DNA from: a virus
Length of the DNA: 64,000 nucleotides
Virus record (IMG/VR): IMGVR_UViG_3300021962_000036
Location: 1-64,000 of that record
Direction: 5' to 3' (one strand)
Position 1 is the stretch's first letter. Each line of letters begins with the position of its first letter. The notes under the pieces are model-generated. The model did no database searches. It had not been told where the DNA came from and was given only the letters and a program-made list of their open reading frames with translations. The translations under genes were made by a program, and so were the position numbers. Below, piece after piece: positions 35,311-45,077 of the stretch.

Positions 35311-36657
35311 ATGAATATTATTTCAGCAGTATACCATAGTTTAAAAAGAAAGAAGTCAGCAGAAGCTGAGTCTCAAAGACTAGGTATTTCAGTATCTTAT
35401 TATCAAAAGATAAAAGAAGAAGTCATTAAAGTTTTAAATGAAGCAGGTTCAAGAATAGATTCTGTTGTCATTCAAATGGTAGAAGCAAATTTAACAAAAA
35501 AATCTGAGTCAGTTTCAAATGAAGAAATTTTATTTGAACTAGAACAACAACTTGGCATTGATGCTAAAGACAGATTCTACAACAAAGAGGAAGATTCTAA
35601 AAGAATTGAAATTCATGAAGATCTAGAATCAGGAACCAGTAAGATCACTGGCCTGTCTGCAACAGAGCCACGTAGTGCAGAAGAAATTATTGCATTATTA
35701 AAGATAGACACAAAGAAATGGAAACTATCTCAATATTGGAATAAAGAGAAAGGCACAAAATGGTTAGTATCTGCTTTAGTTAGTAGAGTACCACAAGAAG
35801 AAAAAATACAAAGTACATTCTTAGAGTTACTTGAAACATATCAAGTTCCACAAATAACACCACTAGACCCTGCAGCTTTTTGGCAGAACACAAGTTCTCA
35901 AGAAAAAGTTTGCGGGGTTCTTTCATTACAAGACTTGCATTTTGGTAAAGTTGGAAATGAAAACATGAAAGAGATCTTAAATGACTCTGTAAGCTACTTA
36001 ATTGACAAAGCTAATAGAAACTACGTCTTGGAGAAGATAGTGTTTGTAATAGGCCCAGATACGCTCAACATGGATACATTTGGTGGTACAACCACTAAAG
36101 GAACTCCAGTAGAGAACTCTGAGATGGCAACAGAGGCTTACATAAAAGCTTTTGATGGTATATGTCAAGCAATAGGTACAGCTAAACAGTTTTGTGAGAA
36201 GCTGGAAGTATTGTTTATACCTGGTAATCATGATAGGTTAAGTTCCTTTCATTTGTTACACGCTGTTTCTCAAGCATTTAAGACATGGGATGATATTAAT
36301 TTTAACGTAGCCTATGCTGAGAGAAAAGTTGTAACTTATGGCTTGAACATGCTTTGTTTTGAGCATGGTGACGTGACTGCCAAAAATAATCCTTTGGTTT
36401 ATGCAGTTGAGTTTCCTAATGAATGGGGAGTTTCTAAGTATAGAATGCTTTATACAGGACACTACCATGGACGCAAGACAACTCAGTTTGTGACTGAAAA
36501 TGAACAAAATGGTTTTGTTACAAGAATAATTCCAGCATTGACTTCATCTGATTATTACCACTATCATAATAAATATGTGGGAAATACGCGTTCTGCTATA
36601 ATGCATATTCATGATTCTTCTAAAGGATTGATCAGTGAATTTACATATACTGTCTAA
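35311..36657 (+). CDS. calcineurin-like metallophosphoesterase (DNA-repair exonuclease-like)
   Basis: DLHFGK, GPD, PGNHD, EHGD, TGHYH. Confidence 0.88.
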   Translation: MNIISAVYHSLKRKKSAEAESQRLGISVSYYQKIKEEVIKVLNEAGSRIDSVVIQMVEANLTKKSESVSNEEILFELEQQLGIDAKDRFYNKEEDSKRIEIHEDLESGTSKITGLSATEPRSAEEIIALLKIDTKKWKLSQYWNKEKGTKWLVSALVSRVPQEEKIQSTFLELLETYQVPQITPLDPAAFWQNTSSQEKVCGVLSLQDLHFGKVGNENMKEILNDSVSYLIDKANRNYVLEKIVFVIGPDTLNMDTFGGTTTKGTPVENSEMATEAYIKAFDGICQAIGTAKQFCEKLEVLFIPGNHDRLSSFHLLHAVSQAFKTWDDINFNVAYAERKVVTYGLNMLCFEHGDVTAKNNPLVYAVEFPNEWGVSKYRMLYTGHYHGRKTTQFVTENEQNGFVTRIIPALTSSDYYHYHNKYVGNTRSAIMHIHDSSKGLISEFTYTV

Positions 36658-36695
36658 TTAATCAAGGAAGTTCTTTATAATGTCCCAAAAATTTA

Positions 36696-36712
36696 GTAAA
36701 TTCTTATTGTAG
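36696..36712 (+). promoter_or_regulatory. putative late promoter
   Basis: GTAAATTCTTATTGTAG, 7 nt upstream of ATG 36720. Confidence 0.6.
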
Positions 36713-36719
36713 GTATCAT

Positions 36720-37298
36720 ATGAAAGATGCAAGAAAACCAAATCTTAATGCGCCTCGTTTCAGACCCAGTGCTGAAGGAACTTTAAACTCAGAATTTATT
36801 GAGTTACTTAAACAAAAAGTCCCTTCTGCAAAAGACTTAAGTGCTGCTGATGTGAAGAAAATAATTCACACATTCAACACAAACCTTTGGTCTACTGTGA
36901 TTGAAAATAGAGATGGTGTTGAGATTCCAGAACAAATTGGACATCTTTTTATAGGAACTTGTCAACCAAGGCGTAGTCCAAATGTTGACTACAAGACTAG
37001 TGCTGAATATATGAAAGTCATAGAATTTCGCAACTGGGAAAGTGATCAACATTTGGCAAAGATTTTTTATACAACCTATGGTACAAAGTATAGGTTTAAG
37101 AATCATGAACTTTGGGGATTTAAACCTACAAGAGCATTTAAAAGAATGGTCAGTAAAACATATCCTGAAAAATGGAAACAATATGTGGAGATTGATCCTG
37201 CAATAAAAATATCAAGTATGTTCAGAACTAAAGGTTATGAATCTTTTAAAGAACAGATTGAACCAGACATAACAATGTATAACGAATTTGAATTATAA
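36720..37298 (+). CDS. IHF-like protein heading the tail module
   Basis: VKKIIHTFN...GVEIPEQIGHLFI...FKPTRAFKRMV; same position as the IHF-like gene of crAss-like phages. Confidence 0.6.
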   Translation: MKDARKPNLNAPRFRPSAEGTLNSEFIELLKQKVPSAKDLSAADVKKIIHTFNTNLWSTVIENRDGVEIPEQIGHLFIGTCQPRRSPNVDYKTSAEYMKVIEFRNWESDQHLAKIFYTTYGTKYRFKNHELWGFKPTRAFKRMVSKTYPEKWKQYVEIDPAIKISSMFRTKGYESFKEQIEPDITMYNEFEL

Positions 37299-37301
37299 CA
37301 A

Positions 37302-37973
37302 ATGATTACAATAGGTGAAGTATTATCAAGGCTGCGTAACCAAGTAAAAGCTGTTAAGCAGGATGCTTTCCTGACTGACCGTTTCTTGTATTCTCTTGTT
37401 AATAAACATGCAAAACTAATGATGCGTAGACAAGACAACTTGAATCGCATTATGAAATATCAATCAGTGTTTCAAACTCTAGATTTTATAGAGTTAATTG
37501 AAGTAGATAGAGCACAAGCTCAATGTCATGGTATTGAAACAGGTTGTTACTTTAAAAGAACAAAAGATAAATTACCTGAATTGTATGATGGATACTGGGG
37601 ACCATTGATTAGAGCTGTTACGTCATTAGATTTATCAGAAGACTTAACAAGCACATATCCTACTACTTACCAACAAATGGAAAGACAAAAAACATTTAAG
37701 TACAATAAGAAAAAGTATTATTGGTATTTAGATGGTCATTTGTACTTTCCTAATTTAGAATGGGACGCTGTTAGAATTGAAGGTGTGTTTGAAGGTGATA
37801 TTTCTAAATACAATTGTGATCCTGCGGATGACTGTCAATATGTTCAAGATAGTCCATTTAATGTTCCTGAACACTTGTTCCCTGAAATAGAACAACTTGC
37901 TATGAGAGATTTAGGATTAATGATGCAGGTTCCACAAGATGCTGCACAGGATCTTAAACACACTGCTAGATAA
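37302..37973 (+). CDS. tail ring / tubular protein candidate
   Basis: Position in the tail block; KKYYWYLDGHLY...VRIEGVFE. Confidence 0.6.
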   Translation: MITIGEVLSRLRNQVKAVKQDAFLTDRFLYSLVNKHAKLMMRRQDNLNRIMKYQSVFQTLDFIELIEVDRAQAQCHGIETGCYFKRTKDKLPELYDGYWGPLIRAVTSLDLSEDLTSTYPTTYQQMERQKTFKYNKKKYYWYLDGHLYFPNLEWDAVRIEGVFEGDISKYNCDPADDCQYVQDSPFNVPEHLFPEIEQLAMRDLGLMMQVPQDAAQDLKHTAR

Positions 37974-37990
37974 TTTTAATATAAAACACT

Positions 37991-39091
37991 ATGTTGACTG
38001 AAGTACAATATAAAGAATTTGATGAACTACTTGAGAGTGTCAAGATAGATATGAGAACTTATGACTTAGAAAGTTCAATAGATCCTCAGCAACTAATTAA
38101 AGTTGCCATGAAGGTTAACTATGAGCTAGGTCTTAAAGTAAACCCATCACGTTCAAAAGCTATAGAAATTCATAAAGGTAAAGGTAAGTTACCTCAAGAC
38201 TTTTATGTGTTAAACTTTGCACTTGTATGTGAAGGTCATAATTCATACTACCTACAAGAAAGAGCAAAAACTTATACAGAAGGAATGCTAGAGGGAGTCC
38301 TGCTTGCTCAAAAAATGTTTAAACTTACAGGTGGTAGTAATGTAAGACAATATAGTGTTATAAGAAATATTCTACCAGGAATCAATGTTATAAATCACAA
38401 CATTGGTACTGCAAATATTTTAGTTCAAGCTTTGAGCATTGATGGCAATCTGCTTTCATTTGAAATTCATCATTTAGATAATAATAGTTTTGAATTAATA
38501 TCAGAATCTAGTGAAATTATCACAGAAGTAAGATTGGTTGTAATGGGTGGTAACACAATTGCAACTACAAGTGGTGGAACAAGTGCTGAAATTGTTAGTG
38601 ATTCACAAGGTAAAAAAGTTGTAGCATATAACTTAAATGGTAGAAGATATGAGCATTCTCATTTGATACCATTAAGAATTGAAAAAAGCAAATCAGTATC
38701 AGCTGATTGTTTTAATTTAAACAGTCATGATCCTAATGTAGCGTATATAAAGAATGGATTTCTAGTAACAAACTTTGATGAGGGTGTTGTTTACATTAAC
38801 TACCAAAGTTTAATGGAAGACGACAAAGGAAACTTATTGGTAATGGAACATCCATTGGTAAATGAATACTATGAGTATGCTTTGAAACAGAGAATATATG
38901 AAAACTTGTATATGTCTGGAGAGAATGTACTTAACTATTTACAGTTAGTAGAACAAAAACTTAGAGCATCAAGAAACAATGCTTTGTCTTTTGTGAATAC
39001 ACCTGACTTTAGAGAATTAAAGCAGACATGGGAAATGAATAGAAAAGCACAGTATCACAATTACTATAACATGTTTAAGAGTAGAATCTAA
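37991..39091 (+). CDS. tail tubular protein candidate (P22 gp4-like role)
   Basis: KGKLPQDF...TNFDEGVVYINY...DDKGNLLV; directly upstream of the large tail gene. Confidence 0.6.
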   Translation: MLTEVQYKEFDELLESVKIDMRTYDLESSIDPQQLIKVAMKVNYELGLKVNPSRSKAIEIHKGKGKLPQDFYVLNFALVCEGHNSYYLQERAKTYTEGMLEGVLLAQKMFKLTGGSNVRQYSVIRNILPGINVINHNIGTANILVQALSIDGNLLSFEIHHLDNNSFELISESSEIITEVRLVVMGGNTIATTSGGTSAEIVSDSQGKKVVAYNLNGRRYEHSHLIPLRIEKSKSVSADCFNLNSHDPNVAYIKNGFLVTNFDEGVVYINYQSLMEDDKGNLLVMEHPLVNEYYEYALKQRIYENLYMSGENVLNYLQLVEQKLRASRNNALSFVNTPDFRELKQTWEMNRKAQYHNYYNMFKSRI

Positions 39092-39462
39092 TGGCTGCTA
39101 AAATATTTAAAAAAAAAATAAATCTTGCTATCTATGAAGCTGTAGTAAACTTACGCGTTGTAGAAAGTATGCAAGACATGCAAGAGTATCTTGACAAAAA
39201 AACTAAATCTTTAGTAGATGTTACAGATAGTTATGGATGTGTTTTTGATTTACCTGGTGCAAAAGGATTGGAATATTATATTGTTTATGAAAAAGATAAA
39301 CTTACTATAAATTTAATCTCTCATGAGGTATATCATTTAGCTATTAGAATTTTAACAAACATAAACATAACAGATGAGGAATCAACTGCATGGTTAGTAG
39401 GTTACTTGACAGAAACAATATATAAAGTATTACGTCAGAAAAATTACAACATCAAAGACTAA
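39091..39462 (+). CDS. small zincin-like metallopeptidase
   Basis: HExxH motif ISHEVYH plus downstream DEESTAWLVGY. Confidence 0.65.
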   Translation: MAAKIFKKKINLAIYEAVVNLRVVESMQDMQEYLDKKTKSLVDVTDSYGCVFDLPGAKGLEYYIVYEKDKLTINLISHEVYHLAIRILTNINITDEESTAWLVGYLTETIYKVLRQKNYNIKD

Positions 39463-42400
39463 TGAGCGAAAATTTTACAAATACAAGTGCTGCCAAAACT
39501 AATGCCTTCAACAAAGGTATGGTTAAAGACTATACTGATATTTACATTTCAGAAGGTCTTTGGACTAATGCAGTAAATGCTATAAACAATGCTCACTATG
39601 GTGAGACAGGCTCTATTGGCAATGAGCCATCTAATAAGTTTTGTGCAAACGCAACTTATGATGTTATTGGTATTTCTCACAAAACTAAAACTTCTTGGGT
39701 TGTATTTTCTACAGATGATGTTTCTTCTGAGATTGGTATTTTTGATGAAAGAGATTGCTCATATACAGTAATTGTAAATGATCCATGCCTTGGTTTTAAG
39801 AAAACAAACTTGATCACAGCAGTTACAAAAGAAAACTATGACTGCACACATTCAACATATTTTCAGGATAACTTAAATCCTGATAGAGTTTTAAACTTAG
39901 ACAGAGTTCCTTATAAAACAACAGGAAACAACTTGTCTCAGGATCCAGATTGTTTTATTCCTGAATACACAACTGACTTAGATTGTGATGCACTAAGATT
40001 ACATCCTCTTGTAACACAACCATGTGTAAATGTAAAAAAAGCACAAGGAGCTGGCCAATTAAATAATGGTAGTTATATGGCAGTTGTAGCTTATTCTGAA
40101 AACGGAATAAGACTTACAGATTACTCACTACCTAGTCAACCACAAGCATTGTGGGATCATACTGGAATTGGTGGATCTTTGGATATTACTATTGACAATC
40201 TAGACAAAGACTATGATGAGTATGAACTTGTTGTTATTGCTGTAATTAATCAACAAACTATAGCAAAAAAGGTTGGTTATTATTCAACTAGGCAAACATC
40301 AGTACATCTTGACTTGTACAATCAAAGTTTAGAAACTGTTGAACTTGCAGTAATACCTTTAAAATCAATAGTTTATGAAAAGAGTGAAAAAATGCACTCT
40401 GTAAATAACTATCTTATCAGAACAGGAGTTACTACACAACCATACTTTAATTATCAAAAACAAGCAAATGATATAAAAGTGCAGTGGGTTGCTGCACAAT
40501 ATCCTACAGATTATTACCATAATGGAGGTAATGTTACAGGATACATGCGTGATGAGGTGTATGCCTTTTTCATTAGATGGGTTTATAAAACAGGAGCAAG
40601 AAGTGCTTCTTTTCATATTCCTGGTAGGTTGTCTACAGGAGTTGACACAAACCCTGTATCAACACCTGACGTTATTTATCCTACAGAAACTAAAGTGTGG
40701 CAAGTATATGATACTGCAACAAAATATTTAGCATCTGGTACTACCAAAGATGGTGGTGTTATCATTGCTAAAGGAGACATGGCATACTGGGAATCAACAG
40801 AAAAATATCCTGATGACAAACCAGATGTTTGGGGTACACTATGTGGTAAACCAATTAGACATCACAAAATGCCTTCAAATGAAACTATACATATCCATAG
40901 TCAAGGAGGAGATTATATTTATAATTTAGGTGTTGAGTTTTCAAATATTCAACATCCTGTAGATGAGACACTTACTCCAATTAAAGATATTGTAGGATAT
41001 GAGATATTAAGAGGATCTAGAGAAGGAAACAGAACTATTGTTGCGAAAGGTTTATTTAACAACATGTTTGAGTTTAATATTCAAGGAAGTACTGGAAGAA
41101 AAGGTTTGTTCCAGAATTATCCTTACAATGATATTAGACCAGATAACTTCTTAACAAACGATTTTTCAGTTCTTGATTCTGGTAGAGGAAGTCAATCTGG
41201 TGTTGAGTCAGCATCTAAACTTGACACTCACAAAAGAAACTATTTATCTTTTCATGCTGTAGAAACAAATTTTGTTAAACCATATATTGGTTCTAACTAC
41301 GTAAAAGTATATACAGAAGAAAGAGGAACTGTAACAGGTAAGTATGAGTTTCCACATAAACATCCTAAACATGTAATTTTAACTGATGGTGCGTTTGTAA
41401 CAGCAGGTATTGTTGGTTTAGGAATTGCACTTGTACAAGCTGTTGGTAAAACAACATTGACATCAGAAGTTGCTCCATGGGCTTTAGCTTTAGGTACTGG
41501 ATTTTATTATGGTGGAACACAAGTAAGTAAAGAATCAGCACCAGCATCTATTATTGGTGATTTAACAACATATGGTATTACATCAGGTCTTTCAGGATTT
41601 GGTGCAGGAAATGCCGCAGCTGCTATTGCATCTGTTGCAGTAATGATTGTTAGTGGTACTTATTATTGGGGACAAGCTACTGATCAAGTTTTGGATATAT
41701 TTAGAAAACTTGGTAAGGATAGACAATACATGCTTCAATACAATAGTCATGGATTCTATCATTCATATTCAGGCGTATCTAACTCTGCAGTACCTTCAGG
41801 ATTACCAAAAGCATTTAGAAGAAAGATTGCTGATTCAGGAGCAAAATATATTGGTTCTGGGATTCATGATTTAGATGCTACATATAGAATTAACAATCTT
41901 AATAGAAACAAATATGTAGCTATTAAATTAACTTCTGATTTACCAGATGTATCATCAACAATAGATAATACAAAACATAGAATTCAAGATGGTGGAATAG
42001 ATCGTTCTAATCCTACAAAAGAATCAATTAGTACAACAACAGTTGCATATTATGGTGCATTAAAAGTAGATTTTGAAAATCAGTATGGTCAATTAACATC
42101 AGTTGTTCAATTACCTACAGATTCTTGCATATACGCAACTGAACCACAACTTACAACTCTTTATACTACATCAACAATATTTGGTGGAGACATCTATATT
42201 AATAGATACACTGAAAAGAATCCATACATGTTCTTTAACACATGGATGTATGATATGCCAACTGGTACAGAATATGATTACAAAAATTATGTAAATGGTC
42301 CTGTTCCAAGATATTGGATAAACTTTGATAAATTTGATGTCACAGATTTTGATGTTAATATAAGTTTGTCAAATGGTGTAAGTTTTACAACGCCTAGTGA

Positions 42401-45077
42401 CTTCCATAGAATGGATAGAGCAGGTAGTACTGGTACATGGACTTTGAGAAACTGCTTTGCATATCTTTTCCATAACGGTATTAGAGACTTTTATACAGAA
42501 TCTGAACTTAACATGGCGTTTAGAGACTATGGTGAAGAAGATTTTCAAAAGTTCTATGATGTATATGGTAACTCATTTAATGATGAGGCTACTATGTTTA
42601 GATCAGATTTGATAACTAAACCAATATATAACAAATATGACTTATCACTTAGCACATCCAAGTTGTTTAACAACTTCGCGACATGGGGACAAATTCTCCC
42701 TAGGGACTATGACCCAGCCATATACAACACATGCTTTGAGTACTACCCTAAACGTGGAGTGTACTCTCTCCAACAGCAGTCAGGTCTTAAACGCGATAAC
42801 TGGAGAAACTTCTTACCTCTTAACTATAAAGATTTTGGAGGAAAAATCAACACAATAAAGTCACTGAATGGAACAGGTGCTATAATACTTTTTGAAGATG
42901 CTGAACCTACACAATTTGTAGGTGTTGATCAATTGCAGACTAAAGGTGGTGTAAAAATCACAATTGGTGATGGAGGATTGTTTCAACAAAACATGCAAAG
43001 TCTTGTAAATGCAGATGATGCGTTGGAGTATGGAGCATGCATTTCTTCAAGATCTGCAGTAAATACACCACATGGTTTATTTTATGCTTCTCAGAAGTCA
43101 GGTAAAATTATGCATTATTCTGGTGGCATTGATGAGATATCAAGAAATGGATTGAAGTTTTGGTTTGCTGAAAATTTACCTTCAGAACTATTACGTCAAT
43201 ATCCAGACTATCCATTATATGATAATCCAGTAGCAGGTATTGGAGTACAAGCAATTTATGATCCTCAATATGAATTAGTATACTTTACAAAGAAAGACTA
43301 TATTCCTTTGAGATCAGATTTACACTTTGATGACCCTTCTGGTGTACCATATTATATTTGTGGAACTACTGGTGATATTGACATACCATCTGAAATAGTC
43401 TCAACAAGTATGTTGGAAACTCCAACAACACTTGCTGAAGATCCAGATGCACCATGTAAAGCACCATTAGATTTAGTTTTTGTTATTGACATTACAGGAA
43501 GTATGGGAACTGTTTTAAATAACATTAAAACAAGTGTTGCTAATATTGCTACTGATGCTGTGACAAAATCAAATAATGATTATAGATTTGGATTAATAAC
43601 TGTGAATCAATCTGGTAGTGTTCTTAACGTTGTAAGAGAAGTAATGTCTGCAAATAATGTTGCAACATTTAACACTGCATTACAAGTTGTTACATTGGGA
43701 AGTGGTGGCGGTGAACCAGAACCTACAGACATAGGTGTTAAGATGGTATTAGATGGACAAGCAGGAGTTTTCAGATCAAATGCTATCAAAATGATTATTA
43801 TGGTTACAGATGCTAGACCATCTGGTACTGATGATGCTTATGTTGTAGGTGTTGATGATGTAAATGTTCAAAATGTTTCAAATCAAGCATTAGCTCAGGA
43901 TGTTTTAATATTCCCTATTGCAACAGGTTATGGAGTTAGTGGTCAATATGCATCTACTATTTTACCATTGCATGACATTTATGCAAATACTACAGGAGGT
44001 GTTGCAAGTCAATCACTTACTGGAATTGTAGCAGATATAATTGGTGATTCTATTTTAAATGTACCATGTCCAGAAGTACCATTAGAATGTACTTTTGAAT
44101 CTAATCCATATACTATAAATTTAGGACAATCAATAACGTTGACATGGTCTGTACTTGGTACACCAGAATCTGTAGTATTAATGCCAAATAATGTTGTGGT
44201 AAACGCAACAGGTTCATTGACAGTATCACCAGTTGTAAACACTATTTATCAATTGATAAGTACTAAAGGTGATGTAACAAATATTTGTGAATTAGAAGTT
44301 ATTGTAGTTCAACCAGAAATAATTCAGTGTCCATGCGCATATGATGATCCTAAATGTTTTACTCCATGTGGTTGGACAATCAGTTATGATCCAAAGCAAA
44401 AATTATGGATAAGTTTTCATGATTGGAAACCTAGTTTATTAATGCCTTCACATGAGCACTTCTTTACAATTAAAGGCAGAGGATTTTGGAAACACAATGA
44501 TAGATGGGATAGTTTTGCAAATTACTATGGAGTAGATTATCCATGGGAAGTAGAATATCCTGTGACAACACCTAATAGCGTAACAACTCTTAGAAGTATA
44601 GAATATACACTAGATGTATATAAGTTCTTCAATGATGGTAAAGATTTCAATCATGTACTTGATGAAAACTTTGACAGAGCTATTATACATAACTCAGAGC
44701 AAATGTCTGGTTTGTTGAAACTTAAAATTAAAGGTAAAAACAATCCTTTAGAATTGGTCAATTACCCACAAGCAACAGCTAATGGTATTGACATACTATT
44801 CTCTAAAGAAGAAAACAAATTTAGATTTAATCAATTTTGGGATATTACAAAAGATAGAGGTGAGTTTACAGGTAATGATACACCAATGTGGATTACAAAA
44901 TGTTCAGGTTATGAAAGATCAATTAATCCTAATTATGTAAACTACTTTAAGACACCAACTGAACATAAAAAATTCAGACACTATGGAAACAAAGTGATCT
45001 TACGCAAAAATGTAAGTGGTGACAAGAAAATGATTTTAAAACTAACAAATTCAAAACATCTTAATAGTTCAAGATAA
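39462..45077 (+). CDS. tail stabilization / muzzle protein with inserted vWA and Ig-like domains
   Basis: 1871 aa; FNKGM..D start, GYMRDEVYAF, WTISY...WISFHDW; position before the cargo genes as in crAss-like phages. Confidence 0.75.
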   Translation: MSENFTNTSAAKTNAFNKGMVKDYTDIYISEGLWTNAVNAINNAHYGETGSIGNEPSNKFCANATYDVIGISHKTKTSWVVFSTDDVSSEIGIFDERDCSYTVIVNDPCLGFKKTNLITAVTKENYDCTHSTYFQDNLNPDRVLNLDRVPYKTTGNNLSQDPDCFIPEYTTDLDCDALRLHPLVTQPCVNVKKAQGAGQLNNGSYMAVVAYSENGIRLTDYSLPSQPQALWDHTGIGGSLDITIDNLDKDYDEYELVVIAVINQQTIAKKVGYYSTRQTSVHLDLYNQSLETVELAVIPLKSIVYEKSEKMHSVNNYLIRTGVTTQPYFNYQKQANDIKVQWVAAQYPTDYYHNGGNVTGYMRDEVYAFFIRWVYKTGARSASFHIPGRLSTGVDTNPVSTPDVIYPTETKVWQVYDTATKYLASGTTKDGGVIIAKGDMAYWESTEKYPDDKPDVWGTLCGKPIRHHKMPSNETIHIHSQGGDYIYNLGVEFSNIQHPVDETLTPIKDIVGYEILRGSREGNRTIVAKGLFNNMFEFNIQGSTGRKGLFQNYPYNDIRPDNFLTNDFSVLDSGRGSQSGVESASKLDTHKRNYLSFHAVETNFVKPYIGSNYVKVYTEERGTVTGKYEFPHKHPKHVILTDGAFVTAGIVGLGIALVQAVGKTTLTSEVAPWALALGTGFYYGGTQVSKESAPASIIGDLTTYGITSGLSGFGAGNAAAAIASVAVMIVSGTYYWGQATDQVLDIFRKLGKDRQYMLQYNSHGFYHSYSGVSNSAVPSGLPKAFRRKIADSGAKYIGSGIHDLDATYRINNLNRNKYVAIKLTSDLPDVSSTIDNTKHRIQDGGIDRSNPTKESISTTTVAYYGALKVDFENQYGQLTSVVQLPTDSCIYATEPQLTTLYTTSTIFGGDIYINRYTEKNPYMFFNTWMYDMPTGTEYDYKNYVNGPVPRYWINFDKFDVTDFDVNISLSNGVSFTTPSDFHRMDRAGSTGTWTLRNCFAYLFHNGIRDFYTESELNMAFRDYGEEDFQKFYDVYGNSFNDEATMFRSDLITKPIYNKYDLSLSTSKLFNNFATWGQILPRDYDPAIYNTCFEYYPKRGVYSLQQQSGLKRDNWRNFLPLNYKDFGGKINTIKSLNGTGAIILFEDAEPTQFVGVDQLQTKGGVKITIGDGGLFQQNMQSLVNADDALEYGACISSRSAVNTPHGLFYASQKSGKIMHYSGGIDEISRNGLKFWFAENLPSELLRQYPDYPLYDNPVAGIGVQAIYDPQYELVYFTKKDYIPLRSDLHFDDPSGVPYYICGTTGDIDIPSEIVSTSMLETPTTLAEDPDAPCKAPLDLVFVIDITGSMGTVLNNIKTSVANIATDAVTKSNNDYRFGLITVNQSGSVLNVVREVMSANNVATFNTALQVVTLGSGGGEPEPTDIGVKMVLDGQAGVFRSNAIKMIIMVTDARPSGTDDAYVVGVDDVNVQNVSNQALAQDVLIFPIATGYGVSGQYASTILPLHDIYANTTGGVASQSLTGIVADIIGDSILNVPCPEVPLECTFESNPYTINLGQSITLTWSVLGTPESVVLMPNNVVVNATGSLTVSPVVNTIYQLISTKGDVTNICELEVIVVQPEIIQCPCAYDDPKCFTPCGWTISYDPKQKLWISFHDWKPSLLMPSHEHFFTIKGRGFWKHNDRWDSFANYYGVDYPWEVEYPVTTPNSVTTLRSIEYTLDVYKFFNDGKDFNHVLDENFDRAIIHNSEQMSGLLKLKIKGKNNPLELVNYPQATANGIDILFSKEENKFRFNQFWDITKDRGEFTGNDTPMWITKCSGYERSINPNYVNYFKTPTEHKKFRHYGNKVILRKNVSGDKKMILKLTNSKHLNSSR

